Below are positions 53,413-64,000 of a stretch of DNA of 64,000 nt, one piece after another. How positions within the stretch are numbered: the stretch's first letter is position 1; each line of letters starts with the position of its first letter. Below the pieces are notes generated by a model, which saw only the letters and a program-made list of their open reading frames with translations, was not told the origin of the DNA and ran no database searches. Source of the stretch: Fimicolochytrium jonesii (lineage: Eukaryota); contig NW_026515670.1 of assembly GCF_025526975.1 (NCBI RefSeq), positions 1,550,001 to 1,614,000 of the forward strand, in the 5' to 3' direction. The position numbers and the translations under genes are program-made.

Positions 53413-53970
53413 ATTGGGCGGACTTGGTATGGGGATGAGTGACGTTTGGGGAGTGGATATTTTCCCAGGGCTTGCTGGACTATAGAAACCAACGCGTGTG
53501 AACTTTGATGAAGGCCTAGCTTCTAACCCACTTCTCACCTGGCCAAGTTGCCAACGCACGTCGCGTCGGGTGTTAACTACCTGCTTCCTACCGTGTTACG
53601 AATGCCTTCCCGTCAGAGACCCTTCTCTCGCTCCTTCCCTCTCGTCTCTCGCCTCCTCCGCTCCGTGCGTCCTCTGAGAGCCTTTCCGTTCCAGGGCCCC
53701 CCAATTCTCTCATATAGGCGCTACCGCGCAGCCGTGTGCAGCAGCAGAAGCGCCACAGTCGACTTCTCCCCCACGTCCTGCAGTATATGTGGTACGGAAT
53801 TGCACACTCGCCCCCTCTGATCAACAAGACCCCTTCCAACCCAACCATACCGTAACCAGCTTGCCACCGGCCTGCAGCCACTGTATACACAACAAAAACG
53901 TTCAGAACCTTTCCCTCTCATATTCCCACCACCAGCCACCACCATCTTCCCCCATATATCCCTTCCCCAG

Positions 53971-55700
53971 ATGTACAATCCCCAACCCACCCCGAACGCC
54001 GGCGAGACGGAAGCCGCGAGTCCAAACACGGAAGAAAATTTTGGAAACAGGCGGAAACGACGGCGGACGAGCGATGAGGAGCATGCCGCGTTAGAGGCTG
54101 CGTACAGGCTGGACCCGCAGATGCCGCCGGCAGAGAGGGGGAAGTTGGCTAAGACGCTGGGGATGCCTGCTAAGGTGGGTTTCCGAGCGAAGGGAAGCGA
54201 GGAGAAAGCGAGCGATAGCGAGCCCAAATGCGCTGGAGGCGAAGAAATGCTTGAGGTTCGAGAGCGAAGCGAGCCTGGGTGTTGTACTGCAACGAGCGAA
54301 GCGAGGTGCAGGGCTGGTTCGGTCTGGGAGACCGATAGGTCGGGCTCGAGCGAACGCCTTCTGGTTTGCGATGGGAGCATGAGCGAGAGCGAGCGCGACC
54401 ATCGCAAACGCTTTCGCGAGCGACAGCGAACGCGAGCGGAGCTAGCCCACATTGCGCTAAAGGCGCAATGCTTCCCCTAATCACGGCTCTTAGCGAGAGC
54501 CGCAGAGCGACGAGCTTCACTCCGCTCCGCCCACTGCAACCCAACATCCTCGTCGCGAGTGGAGCGAGCAGGGTATCGTTTGTGATGGTTGATGGGTTGA
54601 TGGTTGATGGGTTGATGGTTGATGGATGAAGGCTGGGCGGCTGAGGGTTGTTGATGTTGATGTGTCAAAGGATTGCGTACTCTCGCGCGCACAGATCTAC
54701 TCACCGTTATATTACTACACAGAGCGTCCAAATATGGTTTCAAAACCGCCGGCAAACCGCCAAGAAAACCGGCGATGGAACGTGGAGCGGGATCGGCAAA
54801 TGGCAACGCACGCCCTACAAAGTCGTCGGGAACTACAAAGTCGTCGGGCCCGAACACGTCGTCACATCTTTACCCAAGAAACCCATCGACCCGATCGACC
54901 ATGCTGGCGTGGTCGATGCTGTGCATGCCTTGATCGGATTGTCGCAGGGCGGGTCGCAGGATGAGGGGAATGGGAGCGAGAATGGGGGGAGGAGGAGTAG
55001 CAATGCGGGGAGGAGACCAGCGTCTGGGCGGCGCGGACTGGATCTGGAGGGAAGCACGACTTACACGATCCCGGGGCACGTCATCTACGCTGATGAACGC
55101 GTAGAGAGCCCTACTATACCCCCACTGGATACAATCCTAGCCGACAGCGCTCACCTCGATGAAGACGAAGACGATGAGAATGACGAAGCAGGGCATGAAG
55201 CACAACAACAACAAGCAGAGGAGGAAGAACAAGAGAATGATGGCGAAACAACACCGGAACTTATACCCCGCCACATCATCCCTTCCTCCGCATCACGAGC
55301 CCCACCACCACCGCCCACATCAACCAACATCCTCCTAGAAGAACCCGCTTACGACCAACTCCAACTCCCCCCTCTAATGGCCACCCCCTCGTCCCTCGGC
55401 TTCCTCGTCCCCACCCTCGCCTTTGAGATCTCCCAAACCGAAGATAATAGATCTTCAACACCACAACCCGCAGGCACAACCACCGCCCTCGCACTGCGCG
55501 CACTTCCCAGCGCTTCATCATCACAACAGAGCGCGAAAGCGGGTTTGGGACCACCCGCGAGACTGCCGCCGACGCTGTCGCATACGTCGACGTCTGCGAG
55601 CGAGTATTTCAACTTTTCGGGGTATGCGGCGGATGCGGCGGCGGAGATGGAGGCTGCTGCTGGGGGTGGAGGGGGAGATGGAGATGGGGGGTGTGACTAG
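53971..55700 (+). CDS. Homeodomain transcription factor (intron 54175-54722)
   Basis: RRKRRRTSDEEHAALEAAY...ERGKLAKTLGMPAK|SVQIWFQNRRQ. Confidence 0.9.
54175..54722 (+). repeat. Intronic hairpin-repeat family copy, longest (homeobox intron)
   Basis: Nearly all modules present. ATTGCGCTAAAGGCGCAATGCTTCCCCTAATCACGGCTCTTAGCGAGAGCCG at 54451-54502, core at 54542-54581. Confidence 0.92.
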
Positions 55701-56591
55701 AGTTTGTAAGTGCGTGTGGTGTGTGTATATATAACATTCCGGAAATTTGAGATGAATGGACGCACGGTATTTTTTGCACAAGTCGCATTGATACAAGTTC
55801 AATCAGTACCGACTGTTTAAATGCTCAGGCGTGTGTGGCGAGAAGGGAAGAGAAGAATTCGGGGCGCGATGAGTGATTTGTTGGCCAGACCGGTGCAGGT
55901 GACAAGTGTATGGGGGAAAATATGGCAGAGCTCAACTCATCGCTTCAATGCAACGTCCGACTCCCATACGGCTGAACTCGATTCCCACGGCTCGTTGTGC
56001 AGCAGACGCGCGAAAGCAGGCAGGCCATGGCTCAGAAACAGGCCGGGATCCCCATGAGAGGCTTGCTCCTCCGGACGCTTGCCTGTTCATGTAAAGGGTC
56101 CAAGTTTCCGAGTCTTGAATCTCGCGTAAGAGAACATGGAAGATGGCAAAACGCGTTTGAGGAACGCGTCGTATGCAAAACAAGACATCCCCACTTTCCT
56201 CGCACTGCAGACATTGGCCCACCATTAAGCGCATGTCCAGCCGCACCCGTCTCTTATATCAACAGACTGCCTGGGCTACTCTTCCATACGACTTCGCCCG
56301 CTTGGAGAGGTGTGCGTCGGTGGAACGTCATTCCACTCGTGATGGCCGTTGGCAGAGACGCTTGAAGATTAGGGAACATTAGAGTCGGGAGGAGGGTGCA
56401 GGTACCATACAGTAAACACGCACGCACAGTAGCTAGCTAGCAACAAGCACCACTCCTATCGGTCCGCCCGAACCCCCTCGCAGCTGTCTCTCAACTGTCC
56501 AAGTCCCCGAACTTCTCGTACCCCGAAACGACACTGAAAAAGGCACCACCGCCTCCCTTCCACCCCTTCTCAACCCGACCCCAACACCGCC

Positions 56592-58628
56592 ATGACCCCA
56601 GACCTAACAGAAGCCGAACAGACCGTCCTCGCTCAAGACGAAAAGTACGTCCTCCTTCCCCTCGGTACTCATCCCCCATATCTCACCTTCCGTGTCTCAC
56701 CCCACTCATGCCTTTACGCAGCTACCTCCTTCTTGCAACAACCCTGGACGTACTCCGCAACCAGCTCCAGCAGGCCGAAATTGATTTGAGGGTGTTGGTG
56801 GAGATGAAGGAGAAGGCGTCGAGCGAGCCGGTGGCGTTTGTTGGGATGTTGCGGGATAAGGTGTGTGTTTTGAGGAGGAGAGGAGTTGAGGGGAAGGATG
56901 GATGGCGGGCGAGGGAATAGAGGTGTGAGAGCGGAGCAATGCGAGTGCAGGGAGCGCTGGTGAATCACTGGAAGCGACAGCGAGTCACGCTCCCCTCACA
57001 GCAGCTCTTAGCGTTTGCGAGCAAAGCGAGCTGCCCCGCCCACGGAACACTCACGGACGCTCGGAATACACCTAAGGCAGTGTCAGAAGGAGAATGGTTG
57101 GATGGAGAAGGCACTCCGACTCCTACGGGCGGCAATCCTTTTTATTTTTGCTGTTTTTGATGACCACCGCAGAATCCTCCTCGCGAGTGGACACACATCC
57201 TAACCCAACTTTCTGTTCCCAGACACACCCGCCCTTCCCCAAACCACAGCGCATCGTCCCGCTCCCCGAGATCGATTGGTCTCAATACCCAGGTAACATA
57301 CCCCACATCCACGCAATCCAACACGCCGCATCTTACCCACCGCTCTGAATCTCCACTCAGCAGTCGCACCAACCTCGTTCGACCCCGCACACCACACAAG
57401 CACCCGTACACGCACGGAAACCGCCTCTTCCATGGGCGCTGACTTTGATTACAGACCCTCGCCTCCGGCACCCGTTCCGTCAGTCGCGTCGGCATATCCT
57501 GCGTATATGGCTGGGGTATCGGGTCCGACCGTGGGTGGCGACGGGGAGGCCGCGATGGGTAGAGTGAACACACCTACGTCCACCGATGACCGCTCCCAAA
57601 CGCTCAACATGACATGGACCGAGGAGGAACATGTAGGTCGCCCCCTCGCGTCACCCTCCTCACCCCATATCACAGTCCTCACTAAAACTCCCCATCCACT
57701 CACACAGACGCGCCTCCTAGAACTCCTCGAACTGTACCCCTCGGAACCCATCGCGATGCGCCGCCTGGAAAAGATCTCGGCTGCGATGGGGAGTCGGACG
57801 GCGAAACAGATTGGGACGCGGTTGCAAAAGTTGGCGGAGAGGATGAAGGGGGCGAGGGGAGTTGGTGCGGTATGTCTTGTGTGAGCAGGAGCGACAGGGT
57901 GGGGGAATCCGTCAGCTCAACAACGCATATCGTCACTCGTAGTTCAGGAAACCGCCAACGACGAGCTCCTCTGGCCGCGTTTCGGGGCAATACTATTCCA
58001 ATCGGTACGCTGCAGTGCGCACATCATTTCATTCCAACACTACTCTCGCAAACCTCACCACCTTCCTCTGACGCTCAAAACAGCTCATCAACACCGCGCT
58101 ACACCAACTCCTCCATTACACTCTCCGACGACGAAGCCGGCGACGATACGCTCTTGGGCATGGAAGTTGACGAGCGGCTAAAAGGGAGTGATGAGTATAA
58201 GGTGCGGTGTGAAACACAGAGCGCCAATAACGAAAACCCGTGATTGAACATTCCCTCCTGTGACCCTAAAGGAACTGGTTCGATTGCAAAAACTGATGGC
58301 AGCAAATCAGCCAGCAGCACACGCAGCGGATCCGGTACATCATGGGTACTCGTGTGATCGCTGTGCGGCTGAGCCGATTGTTGGGACGCGGTGGAAATGC
58401 ACGCAATGTCCTGCGGAACTTCAGGTCGATTTGTGTGATGATTGTATATCGAAGGGGTTTACTAATGGTGAGAGATTTCCACAGCGCCTCTTTCATCATT
58501 GTCAACCCACACTCACATCTTATCGATGAGTAGATGTACATACCGCGGACCATGCTATGCAGAAGATTGTGGAGCCGGAAGCGGTGGATGGTGTGGAGGG
58601 AGATCCCTACGCTTACTTGGGGTTGTGA
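56592..58628 (+). CDS. ZZZ3: ZZZ3-like SANT/Myb + ZZ zinc-finger protein
   Basis: LDVLRNQLQQAEIDL...PKPQRIVPLPEIDWSQY, SANT WTEEEH...LLELYP...ISAAMGSRTAKQIGTRLQK, ZZ HHGYSCDRCAAEPIVGTRWKC...DLCDDC. Confidence 0.85.
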
Positions 58629-59125
58629 GGGTTCAGGTTTTTTGTGAGACACAGTGAAGGGGCGAGTCCGTGGCGTGGACTGGCGATGGCGGGATGGGAG
58701 CTGGAGTATCGTATGGGTTAGGGAGAACAAACCATGGCGTATGACCCGTCGCCTTTTTGGGCGGGATTTAGGTAGCGGGATCTCTTCATAAAGCTCTATG
58801 AGGAAGCAATGCAGATTTTTTGGTCTTGTAGTAGGCACTGGGACGTCAGCGCAGAACTACGCACCCGCGAGAACGTTGCTCGTCTCGCCTGTGCTGCGAT
58901 GTGTGTGTGCATCGATGCCTGTCCTTAGACCAAAAACGTCCTTTCTCGCAAGTCGAAATTACGCGCGACGCGTTATGACACTCTGAGGCGAGGCTTGAGA
59001 GCCTTCCACGCCCAGTCCCCTTTTCCCTCTTCCCTTCGGGGAGCTGTCCAAAAACACAACCGCATCTTCCCACGCACTCTTATCGCACAAATCCTCTCCA
59101 AAAATAATCAAGCAAGCAAGCAACA

Positions 59126-60099
59126 ATGTCAACCAACTTCGTAACAAAATGGGTCACAAGCACCGACGCCAAACCGCAGCCCTCTACCAACTCCACCTCC
59201 GCTGCCAGACCCGCCGCGCCCCCGGCTGCACCCGCGAGTCCTGCTCCGGGATTCACTGATACACTCCACTTGCCGTTTGATTTTAATGTTTATCAGAAGC
59301 AGGAGGTCCTTAGGTGCGTGAACCGGGTGCCCAGCGATAGCGAAGAGGTTGCTTGAACGCCGAGCGAAGCGAGGAGAATGCCTGAGGGCGTAGGCCTAGG
59401 AATGCTTGAGGATGGCGAACGCCGAGCGAGCAAAGTGAGTGCGAGCGGAGTGAGCCACGTTGCGCCGAAGGCGCAGTGCTTCCCCTAATCACGGTGCTTA
59501 GCGAGCACCGGCGAGCGTCAGATCTTTTAGCGAGCGAAAGCGAACTACGCTCCCATCCACCGCTGCCCAACGTCCTTGTCGCGAGCGGAGCGAACAGGGT
59601 ATCGTTCAACCATCCCTCAACCATGGTTTGTTGCTGGTTGATGGTGGTTGATACTTGATTGGTCGACGGTTTGAAGCATCGATGGTTACCTGACCAATAT
59701 TTCCCACGTATTTTTCCCACAGAGACATCGCCGCTCAGGACGGGTTGAAGATTGCATGCGAACCCTTGGACAACACACTTATTATTACCGCTGATACCGT
59801 CCAAGCTCTCGAGAACGGGTAAGTACTTGTCCCATTTCCCTATTCCATTAACCCATTACCCAGCACTCTCACGCGTCCCGCACGAAATACTACCCATCCC
59901 TCTCTTGTTCCTTCACCCGCACAGCCGACACAGTCTGAACGAACTCATCTACCACAACAAGCGCCCGGTCATCGTTTCCAAGACACCCATGGAGCTCAGG
60001 ATCCCCAAGCCCGACCGTCCCGGAAACTGGGGCCAGCCGAGGGAGGAGTGTGCTAAGGGCGATGGGTACAAGTTGATGGGTGAACGGGGTGATTTCTGA
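59126..60099 (+). CDS. Small hypothetical protein, possible degenerate KH-like fold (3 exons)
   Basis: Canonical introns 59314-59722 and ~59819-59923 keep the frame: QEVLRDIAAQDGLKIACEPLDNTLIITADTVQALENGRHSLNELI. Confidence 0.65.
59314..59722 (+). repeat. Intronic hairpin-repeat family copy (intron 1 of the 59126 gene)
   Basis: TGCGCCGAAGGCGCAGTGCTTCCCCTAATCACGGTGCTTAGCGAGCACCG at 59461-59510, core at ~59568-59606. Confidence 0.92.
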
Positions 60100-60189
60100 G
60101 CTGGGTTCCGTATGGGGGAGATGGGGCTGCGTGCGTGCCTATTGTGAAGGGGTTGGGGGTTTGTGTTTGTTTTCCCATCTCGACACCGA

Positions 60190-60900
60190 AAATGAAACGC
60201 TGGGCGGTTATGGGGGCTGATGATCGCGGCGTATGGAAGAGAAAAAAGGAGAACACTGGGGTCCATCGTTTCACGCATTTCGAAGAAAGAATGGGCGTTG
60301 TACACGATACATGAAAACACTCTGTGCATATACATGATTAGCCCGTAAAAGTTCTGAACGATTGAAAAGAGAGATCTGTTTTTGGTGCTGTGCGTCCTTC
60401 ATGGAGAGCGCTTGGGAAATCTTTTCGGAGCTCGAAGCTCCGTCAGTCACAGTCATCGCCTTGAGGAGAACAACAGACGGGTATGGCGTAAAAGAACGCT
60501 GTAACAGCGTACGAAGGCCGCTTGCATCATATCAGTCTTTTCGCACAAGAAGGTTACTCCCACATCAACTTCAGGGTTGGCATATCAGGCCCACCGATCG
60601 ACGAACACAACATCATCGCCCCAGAAAACCTCTTTTGCGGCGGTGTTAATATCTTCATCCCCACTTCCCGTAGCTCTAGGCTTTCGTGGGCTGATGGATG
60701 AGCGGTAGCAGATATCCGGGCTTCTGTGCAATACTTCACACGAAGCACAACTACGTATCGAAGAAACTCCCCCGGGTTTTCTTGAAGATACATGGCGGCG
60801 AAGTTGAGTACATGGTATGCAATTGCTACGAGCTCTCAAACTTTTGAGGCAGGCCGGGTTATGAACCGCATGCCTTTGCACATCAAATCACGTATAAAAG
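60190..60900 (-). mobile_element. Highly degenerate Tc1/IS630-like transposase remnant
   Basis: Fragments YLQENPGEFL...KYCTEARIS and RSELLRA...MYR..PFFL resemble fungal Tc1-like HTH/DDE starts. Many stops. Confidence 0.35.
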
Positions 60901-61312
60901 CCAAACGAACACGGCCCAGAAAGGATACTATGAGCAACGGAAAGGCCAGGTTTTGAGAAATCTCGTTCTCACCATCGAGTCTGAAACACTTCTATCCTAA
61001 ATCATCATGAAATGTCGAACAGCCAGCTCCCGACGGAAAGCGAAACAAAGACTGGCTATGGTTAACCATCCGCTTTCCATCTTTCGTAAAAAGAACCAGC
61101 TCAATGAAGATACGTCCGGTTGCAGCCCCGAAGGGCGCAGTTGCATGTGGCACCATTTCCTTCAGCAATAATTTACGTTGAGTAAAAATCGTGCTGTACA
61201 CAATGATGCAGAGGGGGGGGGGTTGTTGTGGGTGAGTGAGATTGAGACGCGTCGACCATGCACTTGTCGAAGGACAGGCCACCTCGAAAGGATGAGGATG
61301 GCATAGCGGCCT

Positions 61313-61606
61313 TTGGAGAAGAGAATGGTCGAACTCGTAAGGCGGAATTGGGGGTCGGCGATCACACCGAAAGGAAAACCAGAGATTCTGTCAGAACTTC
61401 TTAGAGATTTAGCTGATCATCGACCGAGGTCTGCTAAGGCGGTATGTGTTCATCCTTCAAAATCGATGGTTTCCTCATGTGGTCTGACGGGTGTGGCGAG
61501 AACCGACTTCTGCATCGGCTGGATGGAGCATTTCCAAATCAGGAAGGTGCTGACCGTCCAGCGGATGTCGCGACGAGGGTTTCATTGGGCACCGTCGGCG
61601 TGTTGA
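61313..61606 (+). mobile_element. Possible pogo/Tc5 (CENP-B-like) DNA-binding domain remnant
   Basis: RRNWGSAIT...FCIGWMEHFQIRKVLTVQRMS resembles the Tc5 HTH pattern GWxxxFxxR. Confidence 0.35.
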
Positions 61607-63445
61607 TCAAAGTCGTCATCTTGCATCCTACGAGAACGAGCGAAACGGGGAAAACTGGTAAGCCATGGGCCAATGGAACTTTTCGTTCAGGTGACTCTTG
61701 GTGTAAAGAACCCAAAAGAGGTCTCAGACTCGCCTTTACCACCGCATTCTCGGCGCTTCGCCAGCACAAGGTCGTTTGAGGTGTCCTCCCAGATCTGACA
61801 ACTCAATTCCAACAGCCCGCGATCCGTTTCCGGTTCAACAGAGTGGCAGTCAAAACAGAGCACCATCATCGAGATTCTCCCTCCCACGCCGAATGCGGGC
61901 TCCATCTTCCACGCCGGCGCAGTCGTCGACCTCCGAAAGGAGGGAGAGAGCAGAGCGGTCGGATGGGGGATTCGACTGCGCCGAGTCGGCTTACAAGTAT
62001 TCTCATCAGCAACCTCTCCCCGGTTGTCCTCCGTACTATGAGCGGACGAGCAGAGAGATATCCTGAACCGGGTTGTCTTACCTTACTGTGCGTGGGAAGA
62101 TGTCGTTCGCGGAGCTTTTGTCGGGAGATGAAGTGGGGAGCAAGGTTGAAATGGAGAGTCCAAGCGATAAAAGAAAAGCAGCAATCAAGTCACGTGAGGA
62201 CGCGGTGTCGAATTTGGAAGGACTGGGGAGATTTCTCAACCCCGGGGCCCGGGGGACGTTTGAAAGAACTCCCCTCAATCGGCATACCCGGGATGGGTCA
62301 ACCATCGATGGGCTGCATGTGCAGTAGGGATGAAGTTTGATGCAGTGCCCTAAAGGTTTCGGGGGAAGAAGAAATTAAGTTGGGGAATACGCATTTCACC
62401 GTGGGACCGACGACGAAGCCCGGAAACACACTTTGGGGGCAAACCGGGGGCGTTTTTATCCCTCCCTCATTCTTTTTGGTACTTGGGAGAACCCGCGCCC
62501 TTTAGGGGATCGGCGCCAGTAGCTCAAACGAATCGGAAGAAACGGGATCTGGGTCAAGTTGGGTTGATTTCGGCGGCCGGAACGAACGAAGTCGTGGGGA
62601 ATGCGCTCGTGCAAGTTGAGAACGATTTGAAAGGTTGGAAGGCCGTGAAGATGAGGTAAGGCCGGGGACAGTCACTGCTCGCGACGCGAAGCTGAGAACG
62701 ATCTGAACAAGTTGGCTGGAGGGTGCAGAAGTTGACTGGGGATAGAAAAGCTTGCTGAGACGTAAACTCAGGATCAACAACTCGAGGCCCCTCCAACTGG
62801 GGGAGATAACGCGGGAAGGAGGGTTAGGTTATTACCCGGAGGGGTCAATGTGGAGGACGCGAAGGTGAGAGGGCGGGGCGAGGTGGGGTGTCGGAGAGAA
62901 GGGAGGTGAGGGCAACCCAAGGGACTTGGACAGATATGCGGACTATAACACAGCACACACTTTAGCCCTGCGGATGGTTCTCCGTCTGGCTGCGTTGGCG
63001 GGAGGTTTTGCTTCAACCTAACCTGTGATTCAATGCCCCGAAATTATCGGAAATTACTCAGCACAGACAGCGCAGTTATCGTCCCTTTCAGTCACTGCGT
63101 AAATGAACTTTCTGTGTGCTTGAAGTTGGTAGGGGTGTCGGCGGTCAAAGATGCGAGACTGTTCAACGAAGGTTTCACTTTGGCGGGGAAGTGGGATCGC
63201 TGCTACTGTAGGTGTGATTCTGGAAGAGCTTTGGGCGAGATCCTACATGCGCACTCCATCCCCCACACCAACCCCTCCCGTGAACGCCGCGCCACACCTA
63301 AAATGCAGCCCCTCGGACAACCCCCAAGAACACGGCTCGCACAATGTAGTAAATGCGTGTTCAGTCCATATACATTCAACAGATACGCTTCACAGATGCC
63401 TTCACAGAATCAAAGATGCGGTGTATGAGTGGTGCCTACGTCGGT

Positions 63446-64000
<555 letters not shown>

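Overview
This is gene-dense eukaryotic DNA with short GT-AG introns, most consistent with an early-diverging (chytrid-like) fungus. That placement is inferred from gene content (NRDE2, ZZZ3, UBE2E-type E2, RNF4-type ligase) and intron style. It holds about 20 protein-coding genes: NRDE2, mitochondrial EF-Ts, APC5, PGI, an Mss116-like helicase, myosin RLC, an E2, an RNF4-like RING ligase, an Aro8/AADAT aminotransferase, RPN1, a BIM1-like copper protein, CSN5, a homeobox gene, ZZZ3, GAPDH and several hypothetical genes. There are two pseudogenes (PhyH-like dioxygenase, HMG-CoA lyase), two nested Ty3/Gypsy chromoviruses (26065-35734) and a Gag-zinc knuckle-chromodomain ORF. The most unusual signals are: (1) a modular hairpin repeat family inside at least 8 long introns, on the sense strand, with compensatory base changes and GNA-triloop/tandem-GA hairpins; (2) a 216-bp unit duplicated in inverted and circularly permuted form, as expected from re-integration of a small DNA circle; (3) self-priming PBS and -1 frameshift pseudoknot signals in both chromoviruses; (4) a C-rich/G-rich skew wave locked to exon-intron structure; (5) an 88-aa Cys-rich secreted protein missed by the ORF track. 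All counts and alignments were done by eye.
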